A stretch of 63,345 nt of DNA, filler included. It is 7 parts of 7 records of this genome, joined end to end, with 100 filler letters (N's around TTAATTAATTAA, not from the genome) between each part and the next. Parts side by side here need not be neighbours in the genome. Positions count along the whole stretch, not along the records: positions 48,864 to 56,626 come from SRR20825019_1993; positions 56,727 to 63,345 come from SRR20825019_1999; 5 more parts are not named here. The stretch is one strand, 5' to 3'. The notes below the pieces were generated by a model. That model saw only the letters and a list, made by a program, of their open reading frames with translations. It did no database searches and had not been told where the DNA came from. A program made the translations under genes and the position numbers. Shown one piece after another: positions 49,500 to 60,611 of this stretch (within the stretch, counting starts at the first letter, position 1; the number at the start of each line of letters is the position of its first letter).

Positions 49500-51463
49500 A
49501 TGTCGAAGGCTTTTGTTGCCACCGTGCTTTTCTCGCTGTTGGCTGTAGCTGCGGCCTCCCACTCTTTCAAGGCGTATCGCTTTGTCCAATATGATCAGTA
49601 CGGCATACACCCTTAAACCAGGTCCATTCTAATGACTTGTCTTCCAGCGACCAGTCCACGTACGGGTCACGTCGAGCCAACGTGAATATGCCGGCTACTT
49701 CGAATATGAGTGGTAGGAAGGAAGGAGTTCGAATCATTTTTGAGAAACTGATCTCGCCCATAGTGAACTTAAAGAAGAAAATGCTGGCAGTTGAAGCTAA
49801 GGATGCTGGCAAGGTGCGGCTCGGTGAGCTTCGTGACAAGAATGCCGGCGGGCTCCTGCTGGTGCTTCCTAAGGACTTGGGGTATGTGTCAGCCAAAATA
49901 AGACAGTTGGAGACTGAGCGGGGTATTCTTCAGATCACTTTCTGCAAATGAAAAGGCAGCCGTGCGTGCTTTGGAAGAATCGATTGTTGGCAGCAATGTG
50001 GACTTCCCCGCCTATGTTGCTAAGGAGGACGGGGCTGGCGAGGTGTCGGCTTTCCTCAAGGAGGTGAACTCTCGTGGCCTCCAGCTGACCATCTCAAGCT
50101 CCGAGGGAAGTGCCATTAAGTCGCCTGATGTTTTCAACGTTGTTGCAAAGCTCACTGGCAAGAGCTCCGAAAGCGAGAGGCCCAGCATTGCAGTTGTTGC
50201 ATCTTATGACTCGCTTGTGTCAGCACCGGTATCCTACACCCATGTCTGTATGTTACGAGTTGGCTAACGGGGAGATGGGGTTGCAGGGAATGTCCGGTGG
50301 TGCTGATGCCAGTGCTAGCGGCGCAGTAGCGGTTCTCGAGCTTGCCCGTATGTTTGCAGGCCTTTATAAGGATGGAAGTCAAGGTATGACGCGAATAGCG
50401 GCAATGTCGGGTGGATATGTGCTTACGTCTGAAATCAGGCTCGTACGATATCTACTTCGTTTTGACTAGTGCCGGACGGCTGAATTATCAGGGGAGCAAG
50501 GAGTGGCTTCGTACCGTGGATCCCCGTCTCCTGGAGAAATTGGAGTTTGCTCTGTGCCTTGAGGCTGTGAGCAGCAACAAGCTTCACATGCATGTGTCCC
50601 GGTCGCCTGCTAAGGATGCTGATGTGAAGCGCCTTCATGAGGTGAGCGGAGCGGGGCGTGGTTGAGTAGTTCCATGCTGATGGGGGTCGACAGGACTTCT
50701 CCGCCATTGTCGACGGAATGGACCTTGTCCACAAGAAAATCAATGTCTCAGACCCGTTGGTGTACTGGGAGCACGAGCAGTTCTCTCGCAAACGCGTTTT
50801 GGCCGCCACTATCTCCTCATTCGAAGCCGCCACCAAGCCCCTCCACCGCGGATCCGTGCTTGATCAAGTCGATGTCCTGTCCATTGATACACTCTCTAGC
50901 AACATTGCCAACATCGCCGAGGTGCTAGCGCGCCGCATTTTCAGCATCAAGAATAACGGATTGCGGGTCTTCGACGCCAACCTTGCTGTCAATAAGCTTG
51001 CCGTTCAGGTATGAATCCCAAATGGGCACGACGCCTTATATAATAGACAGTGGGCATACATCTTACTTTTCCATCAGAGCTGGATCGAGGCTTTGTCTAG
51101 CAAACCTACAGCCGCTGCCTACTCCACCAAGGCCACTGCTGAGGCGGTTGGTGCAGGCATCGAGGCTGCGTTGAGCAGGCATCTTCCTGGTGACGTCAGC
51201 CGCAAGTCATTCACCCTTTCACATGACTACGTGTTCTACACCTCCACAGTCGCCGATGTCACCGCATCTGAGGCGAAGAACTTCACTTTCGACCTTGTGT
51301 TCACTCTTTCCCTCTTGGCGTACTCATTTGGCCTCTTCGTTTTGCTGAAGGTATTTAGGTGTATCATGTAGAAGGAATATATATTCACCCGAGGTTGCAG
51401 GGCCCCACTGAGGCATGGGCTATCACTATGGCCTTTATGAGTGGGAAGAAGCACCGCTCATAG
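49500..51463 (+). CDS. NCLN: Nicalin (nicastrin-like ER protein, inactive M28 fold), 9 exons
   Basis: Signal peptide. Spliced FKAYRFVQYDHDQSTYGSRRANVN, IAVVASYDS, SGAVAVLELARMF, AGRLNYQGSKEWL and HKKINVSDPLVYWEHEQF; C-terminal TM. Introns include 49598-49647, 49713-49763 and 49882-49933. Confidence 0.9.
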
Positions 51464-51554
51464 ATATTCTCCTGGAGCTGCTCGCAACGGCGGGTCGCCC
51501 AATTTTTGGTAATAGATAATTTCGCGCATCAAGACTTGTGCCGGTTGTGTCTTT

Positions 51555-54500
51555 TTATTTCAGCGACCTGCCACCTAAGGCGATGAATGGGTTGCGCCGG
51601 GCCTCGCCCACGACGTTGCGATTCGATGGATTGACAACCTTTTCTTTGGTGTAGAAGCTGTGCTCCCAGTGCCCCTCTCTGTTAGATGAAAGGCTTAGTC
51701 ATTTGTTGTGGGTTGGTGGGCAAAAAAAACACTTACTTGGAAGCGGCTGTCCACTGTCGCATCATCGGGTACGCTGAAGGAATAGCAGTTCGATCGACAC
51801 GTCCCCGTCCTCTCATTTTTTCTTCAGTGGGCTGCCAAAAAGCGTTAAACAGGCCCCAAGCCTACCAACACGAGCCACTTACCCGATCCCCTACGAACAT
51901 ATCCACCACATTGCTGTCATATGTCTCCGGTTTTCGCTGCCCACTTGGATAATAAAAGGAGAACGGGTCTGGCTGCTTGGTCAGCGTGCTGATCCGAGCC
52001 TGGGCAAGCTCCTTGCGGGACTCATCGACAGGATTATTCTTTTCTTGATAGGCAAGTGGGGTGGACTCATCTAGCAGGCGAGAGTACCCCTTCTTGTAGT
52101 GGGGGAAGGAATTTGGCTTCTCGGGGTAGTCCAGGGTATAGGAAGATCTTTCCAATTTCTTCACTGGCTCAGCCGCTTTGTCGAGTTCAGACAAAGCGGT
52201 GTAAGTTGTGAAAGTTGTGCTCTGTTCGGAGGGTGTGTATTGGAAAGAGGATTCTCCTTCGGAAGTTACCGTCTCTGCAGGGGCTCTGCTCGAAGGAGAA
52301 GGAGGCACACCCATTCTTGTAAGCGTGCTTTCAAAAACTGAGTCGCGCGGAGTTTCATCCCCAGATATCGAGCTTTCCTCATCCGAAAAGTACGTGCTTT
52401 CAGTAGATTCAGCGGAGTCGGTGTCACGTTGGTCTCTGGAAGATGCCATTGCGGATTTCGGTCGGATCGGACGTTTGGGTGATGATACCATTCGCCTGAA
52501 TCCCTTCACAATGTGGGAGGCTGGGCGGGGGTGAACATGCACCTTCAGCGACTTCTTTGCCTTCTCTTCCAACCAATTTTCCGACGGTTTGATCCCGATG
52601 CTTTTGTTGTTGTCCGACTCCGTGGGATCCGTGCTGAGAGTGAACCCAGTTCGGAACGACCGCAAATTATCGCTTGGAATGTCGCTAGCGTAACCTTGCT
52701 GGACGCGAGCCCTCGCCAGTTTTGACGATGCCTCATCGTCCTTCCGTCGGACATCCTTCTCCTTCAACCATTGTTGCCCACGCGTTCGCACTGCGGATGC
52801 TGACCATGGCCGGCGGACCTTTTTGCCGCGAGATGTCACCTTCAACTGGCTGGTATTCGGCATATTGCCACCATAGCCGAATGGATTGGAAAAGGTCTCG
52901 TCAATAGTCCATCCCCCATCGTCTTGTGGAGCAACTGGTTCTGGCATGCGACTCGTGATTGATCCATCGATCGTACTTGGAGTGAAAGAGAGATGAGAGT
53001 AGTTTACCCTCCTGAGATGGTGGTAGTCCTTGTATCTCCCGCTGTGAACCCCATCATTGTGATACTTAGACCCGAAACCACTAACAAGCTCGCTGCATCT
53101 ACCATTTAGAAATCACATCACGCCCGGGTACTCACGACTTACCCAGTCCTTTCCGATAGCATGACCTTGTTGTACTCATGCGGGTACCAGCAGTGCTCCT
53201 CAACATGACGCGTCGACTCCACGATGTCGTCAGCAAAGTTCTTCCAGTGGACGTTAACCGGGACCATCATCATGTAGCTGTTACGCTCTACGGAAGGAGC
53301 CTCGACCTTCTCCGTTGGTTTAGATACTTTCGCCTTGGATGGGCTAGCCGGTTTCCTCTTGTATTTTTTCGGAGGCTCCTGGTCGGTGTTCCAGGGAGGA
53401 ACGCCTTCTCTCGTCACCAGGCTCTCGGGGTCCTTGGTCCCACCGTGAGCGCGGCGCAGACAGTAGAATCCGCATACAGGGAACGGATGACCAGAAGAAT
53501 AGGGCATCTTGGGCTCCGACAGGACTCTGTCCAAATTCTTTGTCTTTTTTGGGTCGAGCCGAGGAATTGGTGGCCCAGGGGCCATTGGAAGGGGAAGCGG
53601 CTTAATGTCCTTCATGAATTTTCGGAGGAAGTTCTTTTGCATGATTGGTGCTGGTGGAGGTGAGAAGTGAATGTGATGATTCATCATTGGAACATCCTTT
53701 TCAGCGAGCTGCACCATCATGTCAGAGTTCCATCACTAGAATGTCTATGTGTGCCCTTACCACTTTCTTTTTTCTGTAAAGCCTGCGCAAGATGGGCGGC
53801 GGAGGTGGGAAGAAAGGCATTGGAGGTTTCATCATGCTACCAATACGGCGGACCGCTCTCCGTGTTTTCATCGTAAGCGTACATACATGCGGTACCTAGA
53901 CAAACATCAATAACAACACCGCTACAAGGAGTATGCCGCGTACCTGAGGTGGAGCACACGGCCCACGGGGCGGGACCTTGCGTCCTCGTGTGTTCACGAA
54001 TCGTTTCTTCTCTTTGCGCAATTTCTTGATATCGGGTGGTTCAGGTGGCTGCATGAGCATTGGCTGCTTCGGCCGGCTCACGAAAACATAGTGCTTGATG
54101 GGATCCGGAAGCTCCAACTGCTCCGGCTCCGGTGGGCCGGGAGGGGGGGGCAGCTCCACTTTTGTGAAGTCTATGGGTTCCGTCTTCTCTTTGACACGCA
54201 CGCGGCTGAACACAAACTCATCTTCGTCAACATCTGCCACAGTAAGCACCACTGGGCTATTCATTCTCGCTCTGATCTCATTGATCAAATTAACATACTT
54301 TTGTTTGCACGTTTCCACCCAAAATTCTACCAATGGCTCTGGAAGCATGCTTTTTTCGGGAACCGGTGGAGGCGGCTGCGGAGGACAAAGCGACCAATCC
54401 ACTGGGCTCTTCATGATGGGGCCGTTGGTATTTATCCACTCTACTTCAGCTACACGATCATCGCTTTCGTCATCCGTGTCTGGCAAATCATCGGCCCTCA

Positions 54501-56626
54501 GGAGTGGCGGTCGCTTCTCTAACAGAGGAGAAAACTCGTGCAACACTTCTGCCAACGTATCTTGGACAGAGTCAATGTCATATATGTGGGTCTCGCCCCC
54601 TTGAAGCTGAACTCGGTGCATCTCGTAGCCCTGGAGCAGTCTCATGTATTCACCTGAGAGGATATCCTCGATCACAGCCTTCTGCATATCCTCGGACACA
54701 GACGACGCAGTTACCTGCCCTTTTGTTGTCCTCTTGGAGTATTCGGACCACAACTCCCTAATTTTCCTGTACTCATCCTTGATGATCAAATCTATCATGT
54801 CTCGTTCTCGCTCCACATCATTTCCAGCCGACCATAGTCCCGCACTGCGTCTCACACTAAGGTAGTCCTTCATAGCCTCCTTTGCAGCCTTAATCTTGTT
54901 GAGGCCGCCCATTTTCGGTTTGGCCTTGACAACACGCGCCAGCGAAAATGAAAGTTGCGAATCCTCCACGTTCGCCAACTTTTCCGCCATCTCCTTCTCT
55001 TTCCACCAATTGGTGAAGTCGACTCCAAACATAGCTTTCTTCCCCTCCGATATCGAAGCTTTCATGGAGTCTCTGCCTTCAACAACTCGCTTGAAATCTC
55101 GTCTAGATCCCAAGTAGTCCCACAACTTGGATTGCCAGCGCTTTCCACCCCTTGAAGGGGGGAAGTTCACCCTCGGATGAACTGGCATCGGCGGGCCAAC
55201 CACAAACTCGAAACCTTAAAATAGAAACAAAAGTTAGTTTGATTGTGGAAACTCCCTATGGGTTTCAGTTTTAGGTCACCTTCGTCCCTGTCTTTCGGCT
55301 GCCTGACCGGAATGACTTTGTGGGGAAGCGACCTTTTGCATCCAAAATCATCAGCATGAACCTGAACGGGAACCGGTGGGGGGTATATCTATTGACATAT
55401 TAGGAACATATCGACACATTAAGAACTCATCCTAAAGATTTTGAGTATTCGTACCTCAGGTGGTCCTATGAACTGGTCATAATCCCATGGCTCCTTCTTC
55501 TTGGGTTTTTTGCCTCTTCTCCGATCTATTGCCTTGAAAATAAAATATTTTTTCGGCAAGTTGGGTGGAGGTATTGTCACAATATCCGGTACTTCCTCTT
55601 TTTCGGTGGGAAGTTCTCTCCATGGGCTGAATACCTTTTTGAGCTGTGAATGAAAGGCAAGATTAAGAAGTTGTCAAACATTGCCAACACATTGCCCTTA
55701 CCATTCTCAGCTGACTATACGGTGATGGTTCGTGAGGAACTGGAACTGGGCCGGGCGGAACCATTTCAGCATCCGGATGAACCTCCCACAAGGGCTCTTT
55801 CCACACTGTCACTTTGTCATCTTCGGATTCGTAGAAAAACTTTGGGCGCTCCGATCTTTCAGAGATATCCATTTGTGCTGGCATTGGTGGATTCTGTGTC
55901 ATCTTCAACACTTGATTTGCGATGAGTGGCTGGGGCAAGGTGTCCAACAGAGGAAGAGCATGCCGTAAGTATATTCGGTCTCGTTTCACATAATTCTTGG
56001 GAACCTGAGGTGGGTACAGACGCAACAAGTTGATCATGTCCTCGGGCATTTGCTTTGGTTGGACCGCATGGAAGGACTTGTCTTGTGGAACAGGAGGGCT
56101 GAAAAGAGCCAACACCCTGTCCACAAAAGGCATTTCAGGCTGCTTCTTCACAACGCCATCCCGATGGTACTCTTGAGGTATCAATGGAGGCTTTGTGTTC
56201 AATGGAGCTATCGGTTCCAGAACAAAACCGTCCTTATTCTCTAGCCGGTTTTTGTAGGCCGGAATCATGGGAGGAGGTGGTGGGAACAGTGCTGTCCCCG
56301 CCAGCAATCGCACTGGCAAGAACGGGACCCAAACTCCGGGGTGGTACTTGCATGCGTAAAACGAGTCGTCCCCGATGAACTTCTGCAATCTCTGCTCCTC
56401 CTCCAGCAAAGCTGGCATGTCTATGCCAACCCCCTCTGAATCCGTAGTTTCACCCCCAATACTCGACACAGATGGTGTTGCGGGCTCTAGCCCAAGTTCA
56501 TCATCCACATCGCTAATATCATTTTCGTCGGCCTCGGCAAGGCGCTTCATAAATTCTTCCGCCGAGTCTGCGCTGTCCCAGTCATCACTGAATGCGTCCT
56601 CATCCTCATCCTCATCCTCATCCTCA
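51555..56626 (-). CDS. Very large Pro-rich/acidic multi-exon protein of unknown function (5' truncated)
   Basis: The ORF-track pieces 55663-56550, 53896-55203, 53139-53720 and 51862-52947 join in frame via 8 GT-AG introns and small exons; TAA at 51555-51557; (ED)n repeat at the contig edge. Confidence 0.72.
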
Positions 56627-56726
56627 NNNNNNNNNNNNNNNNNNNNNNNNNNNNNNNNNNNNNNNNNNNNTTAATTAATTAANNNNNNNNNNNNNNNNNN
56701 NNNNNNNNNNNNNNNNNNNNNNNNNN
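56627..56726. other. Artificial contig-joining spacer
   Basis: N44-TTAATTAATTAA-N44. Confidence 0.99.
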
Positions 56727-56796
56727 GATTTGTAATCCTGCGTTAACAAAATTAGATGTAATTCCTATATTAGACGCTGTACTAGTTTCTAAGAAC

Positions 56797-56826
56797 GTAG
56801 CAGCATGGCTACTGCGAAGCGGGTAG
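56797..56826 (+). repeat. REP-like element (left)
   Basis: GTAGC-AGCATG-GCTAC-TGCGAAGCGG; 17/21 identical to the reverse complement of 59155-59175. Confidence 0.5.
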
Positions 56827-56866
56827 ATTTAGGATCGCAATTAAACCCTAACAAAAAGTAAATATT

Positions 56867-57085
56867 ATGTCGTTTCAAGCATACATTGATAATATTAAAG
56901 CGAAAACAGGAAAGACACCTGATGACTTTAAAAAGTTGGCTGAGAAAAAAGGATTTATCGTTGACGGAAAAATGAATCCTACTACGAAGGCGTCAGAAAT
57001 TACCAATTGGCTCAAAGAAGAATTTGAGTTAGGACATGGACATGCGATGGCTATTTACGCAACATTCAAAGGGAAAACGGAATAA
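56867..57085 (+). CDS. DUF4287 domain protein
   Basis: MSFQAYIDNIKAKTGK...WLKEEFELGHGHAMAI. Confidence 0.88.
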   Translation: MSFQAYIDNIKAKTGKTPDDFKKLAEKKGFIVDGKMNPTTKASEITNWLKEEFELGHGHAMAIYATFKGKTE

Positions 57086-57141
57086 CAAGAAAGAGCGAAT
57101 TGATGAAATCTGTGTGATAATCAAAAAAAAACGAAGTATAA

Positions 57142-57957
57142 ATGAACTATCAAACATTTCAACCACATTCTGATTTAGAAGCTCTTATCAGCTGTTACTG
57201 GACTTTAGAAGTTCCTGCTGATTCTGACGCTCAAAAACAACGGATTATTCCTGATGGATGCATAGAAATGGCTTTTATTCTTGGAGATGATATAAAACGA
57301 TATACTTCTGAGAGTGAATTTATAATACAACCTCGTGCAATGGTTCTTGGGCAGACCATCGAACCATTTTACATCGAACCAACTGGCTATGTAAATACAT
57401 TTGCAGTTCGTTTTTACCCTTATGGTTTTGCAAATTTTGTAACATTTCCAATTAAAAACTTAGCAAACAAAGAGACACCTATAAAATTGTTGTTTGGAGA
57501 AGAAACAAGTAAAGAATTAGAACGGAAAATAATTGACGCAACGAACAGTGAACAGCGAATAGAAATCATTGAAAAATTCCTTTTAGATAAGCTGAACGAC
57601 AAAGCAACAATCGACAACATTGTGAAATTAACCATTGATGCACTTTTATCAACAAAGGGAAGCGCGCCAATAAACACCATCCTTAAAGAAGATCTTTCCA
57701 AAAGAAGACAGCTCGAAAGAAATTTTGAAAAACAAATTGGTGTAAGTCCAAAACAGCTTGGTAAACTAATCCGATTACAAACAGCACTGAAATTGTTGTT
57801 GAACAAAAAGACAGAAAGCCTTACTAATATCGCTTACGAAAGTGAGTATTACGACCAAGCACATTTTATTAAAGATTTTAAAGAGTTCACAGGAGCAAGT
57901 CCTAAAGAGTTTTTGGGAAATGAAAACATGACTCTTTCCACTCTTTTCTACAAATAA
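57142..57957 (+). CDS. AraC family transcriptional regulator (DUF6597-type N-domain)
   Basis: IIPDGCIE, RQLERNF...GVSPK and YYDQAHFIKDFKEFTG motifs. Confidence 0.93.
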   Translation: MNYQTFQPHSDLEALISCYWTLEVPADSDAQKQRIIPDGCIEMAFILGDDIKRYTSESEFIIQPRAMVLGQTIEPFYIEPTGYVNTFAVRFYPYGFANFVTFPIKNLANKETPIKLLFGEETSKELERKIIDATNSEQRIEIIEKFLLDKLNDKATIDNIVKLTIDALLSTKGSAPINTILKEDLSKRRQLERNFEKQIGVSPKQLGKLIRLQTALKLLLNKKTESLTNIAYESEYYDQAHFIKDFKEFTGASPKEFLGNENMTLSTLFYK

Positions 57958-58031
57958 ATAAAGTGTCGCATTTTTACAATTTTAAGCTTACCAAGTAGTG
58001 TTAGTTTGTATTATCAATTAAAAAGGACAAA

Positions 58032-58526
58032 ATGAAAAAAACAGTTCTATGTGTTGCTACGATTCTTGCATTTAGTATTGCGAGTTGTAACAATCAGAAT
58101 AAATCTAATTCCGAACCAGAAAAAGTCGATACAAACTTAACCGAAGCACCAATCAATATGAAAAGTCACATTTCTATTTTTGAAATTCCAGCAACAGAAA
58201 TTTCACGAGCAGTCGATTTTTATCAGTCAATTTTAGATGTAAACATCGAGAAAATGGACATGGAAGGAATGCAGATGGGAATATTTCCGTACGAAGGGCA
58301 AATGGTTACTGGAGTAATAATTAAAGGAGATGGATACAAACCTTCCGCGGATGGAGTCACGATATATCTGAATGGCGGAGAGAATCTTCAGGTTGTGCTG
58401 GATAAAGTCGAGAAAAATGGCGGGAAAATTATTCTTCCTAAAACGCCTCATGCAGATGAAAGTGGTTATTTCGCATTATTTATTGACTCAGAAGGAAATA
58501 GAATTGGACTACATTCTCCGAAGTAG
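58032..58526 (+). CDS. VOC/glyoxalase family protein with a lipoprotein signal
   Basis: Lipobox SIAS-C; FEIPATE...RAVDFY and GYFALFIDSEGNRIGLHS motifs. Confidence 0.9.
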   Translation: MKKTVLCVATILAFSIASCNNQNKSNSEPEKVDTNLTEAPINMKSHISIFEIPATEISRAVDFYQSILDVNIEKMDMEGMQMGIFPYEGQMVTGVIIKGDGYKPSADGVTIYLNGGENLQVVLDKVEKNGGKIILPKTPHADESGYFALFIDSEGNRIGLHSPK

Positions 58527-58590
58527 GAGAATGTAGGACGCGAATGACGATTCAGATAAGTCATTTTAGATCTTTTGATGTTGCGCACTT

Positions 58591-58610
58591 TTGGTGTATA
58601 TTTACACCAA
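58591..58610. promoter_or_regulatory. Palindromic operator of the toxin-antitoxin operon
   Basis: TTGGTGTA-TATT-TACACCAA with perfect 8-bp arms, overlapping a -7-like TATATTTA, 11 nt before the antitoxin ATG. Confidence 0.75.
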
Positions 58611-58621
58611 GACAATATGGT

Positions 58622-58861
58622 ATGGCACGACAAAGTATTTCATTCACGGAACCAAATGATGATTGGTTGAAAAGCCAAGTTGATAGTAAAGAGTATGCAA
58701 GTAAAAGTGAACTTGTGAACGATTTAATTAGACAAGCTAGAAATCAACAAAAGCAAATTGACTGGATCCAAGCAAAGTTAATTAAGGCCGAAAACAGTGG
58801 TTTCACAACTGATAGCAAAGCGCAAATCTTAGCAAAATCGAAGGCTAAACTAAATGGCTGA
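58622..58861 (+). CDS. Ribbon-helix-helix (ParD/CopG-like) antitoxin
   Basis: MARQSISFTEPNDDWLKSQVDSKEYASKSELVNDLIRQAR; overlaps the toxin start by 8 nt. Confidence 0.85.
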   Translation: MARQSISFTEPNDDWLKSQVDSKEYASKSELVNDLIRQARNQQKQIDWIQAKLIKAENSGFTTDSKAQILAKSKAKLNG

Positions 58862-59138
58862 TTACAAATTAAGTAATGATGCACAGGAGGATTTGATTCG
58901 AATTCATCAATTTGGAGTCTACAAATTTGGGATGATTCAAGCGGACAAATACTTTGAAGCATTTTTTGAATGTTTTGACGTAATCGCTCAACAACCATTT
59001 TCGTTTGAAGCAGTAGACTACATCAAACTAGGTTATAGACGCTGTGTTTGCGGCTCTGATAGTATTTATTACCGGGTAAATCAGGAGAAAGTCGAGATAA
59101 TGACAATTATCGGAAGACAGGATCTGGAGAATATTTAG
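58854..59138 (+). CDS. RelE/ParE family type II toxin
   Basis: YKLSNDAQEDLIRI...FG..QADKY...GYRR...IYYR...VEIMTI pattern. Confidence 0.88.
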   Translation: MADYKLSNDAQEDLIRIHQFGVYKFGMIQADKYFEAFFECFDVIAQQPFSFEAVDYIKLGYRRCVCGSDSIYYRVNQEKVEIMTIIGRQDLENI

Positions 59139-59150
59139 GGAAACATATTT

Positions 59151-59176
59151 CCGTGCCTCGCTGTAGCTTTGCTGCG
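59151..59176 (-). repeat. REP-like element (right), inverted relative to 56797-56826
   Basis: Its reverse complement GCAGCAAAGCTACAGCGAGGC aligns with the left copy GCAGCATGGCTACTGCGAAGC. Confidence 0.5.
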
Positions 59177-59252
59177 CCAATAATTCTCTTTGTAGAGAAC
59201 AACAATTACTGGTTCTCGAAGCATAGTTACGTCGTTCTTTAATTCAAAAGCC

Positions 59253-59891
59253 TCACCCAATCCTCCTCAGTACTTCCTGAAACTCTGCGAGCATAATCGC
59301 AGTAGCTCCCCAAACAATTCGATCTTCAATGGGGAAATAGGGAACGTCTTTTAATCGCATTCCGTGATTGAGTTCTATCGTGGTTCGCTCTATTTGAAGC
59401 TGGGTAAATGCATGAACGTCAAAAGAAATGATTTCGGCCACTTCGCGCTCATCATTGATAAGAGGAGGAAGGTGTTCTTCGAAAAAAACGTAGGGCTGCA
59501 CAAGGAATTTAGATACAGGAATAAACACTTCCGTCAAGGTGCCAAGAAGTTGCCCTTGATGCATCGGAAATCCAATTTCTTCAAAGCATTCTCTTCGGGC
59601 AGTCATTTCTAAGTCGAGGTCTGTCGGATCCATCTTTCCGCCAGGGAAACTCACTTGTCCACCATGCACACCATCGTACGCTGGTCGCTGAATTAAAACG
59701 CATTTGAGAGAATGCTGATCTGGATAGAGTAAAATCGCCACTGCAGATGCTCGGTAATCTTTTGCCGCTTGTTTTTTCGCTTCGCTGGAAAGTGGGCGGT
59801 GAACTGGCATCGCACGTAAATGCGCTTCTTCGCCAGGAAGTTCTCTTTTCAGATGCTCTTTAAGTCGATCACGAAAAGAAAAAACATCCAT
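59253..59891 (-). CDS. Nudix hydrolase, CoA pyrophosphatase (NudL-like)
   Basis: HGGQVSFPGGK...TARRECFEEIG and IVWGATA motifs. Confidence 0.93.
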   Translation of the reverse strand: MDVFSFRDRLKEHLKRELPGEEAHLRAMPVHRPLSSEAKKQAAKDYRASAVAILLYPDQHSLKCVLIQRPAYDGVHGGQVSFPGGKMDPTDLDLEMTARRECFEEIGFPMHQGQLLGTLTEVFIPVSKFLVQPYVFFEEHLPPLINDEREVAEIISFDVHAFTQLQIERTTIELNHGMRLKDVPYFPIEDRIVWGATAIMLAEFQEVLRRIG

Positions 59892-60499
59892 TATTTTTGA
59901 ACTGATTTGATGATGTCGGTAAAGTCATCAAACAAATAACCCATGTTTTCTTCTTTGCCAATCATTTGAAATACGAAGTAATCGATCCCAACTTTTACCG
60001 TCGCAATAAAATAAGATGAGCGATCTGAATAACTCGAATTGGCGCCGTGAACAACCTGAATATAGCCTTCAAAACCAACTTCTTTTGGGATTTCTTTCTT
60101 TATGGATACCGAAGGTTCAAACACTGAATCTTCTCGCTTTAAAACATAGTTATCATGAACCGCGTCGAGTGGCGACAATTCTTCATCAAAGCTGTATTGA
60201 ACAACTTCGGCGTCATCAGAATTAAATAATTCTACGCTAAAATATACTTCCACGTCATCAATCACGCGAGTCATGGCGTTATCCGTCAGAACATAGCTAT
60301 CGTCGTAGTCCTTTCTAAATAAATCGGATAACCAAAATTCAATACCTTGAAAATAACGCATTTTCAGATCGGGAAGATCCATATTGTTATCCTGAATCTT
60401 CTGCAATTGACTCACGCCTTGTGGACCTGGACAAGCCGTTGTTAATAGCAAAACTGCCGTCAATACTACAAAATTGAAAACGCGAAACAGTCCTTTCAT
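59891..60499 (-). CDS. Hypothetical lipoprotein (possible PsbP/Mog1-like fold)
   Basis: Lipobox LTTA-C; C-terminal beta strands and FxxIIKSV helix; TAATG coupling to the Nudix gene. Confidence 0.75.
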   Translation of the reverse strand: MKGLFRVFNFVVLTAVLLLTTACPGPQGVSQLQKIQDNNMDLPDLKMRYFQGIEFWLSDLFRKDYDDSYVLTDNAMTRVIDDVEVYFSVELFNSDDAEVVQYSFDEELSPLDAVHDNYVLKREDSVFEPSVSIKKEIPKEVGFEGYIQVVHGANSSYSDRSSYFIATVKVGIDYFVFQMIGKEENMGYLFDDFTDIIKSVQK

Positions 60500-60611
60500 G
60501 GTAAGATGTATACTTTGGTTGGATAAATATAAAAAGAAATCGTTCTAATTTTGGGCAAGATCTTTGATTGAATGAATTGGAAAGTTGATAAAGCTTCCTT
60601 AATTTTAAAGT

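Noticed and set aside
52941-53007. Apparent intron GTAAAC...GCCAG in the Pro-rich gene
   Set aside because: Splicing it would shift the frame, while reading through stays open and in frame, so I treat it as exon.
58544-58621. Longer antitoxin N-terminus from ATG 58544
   Set aside because: It spans the operator and promoter; the RHH fold begins at ATG 58622.
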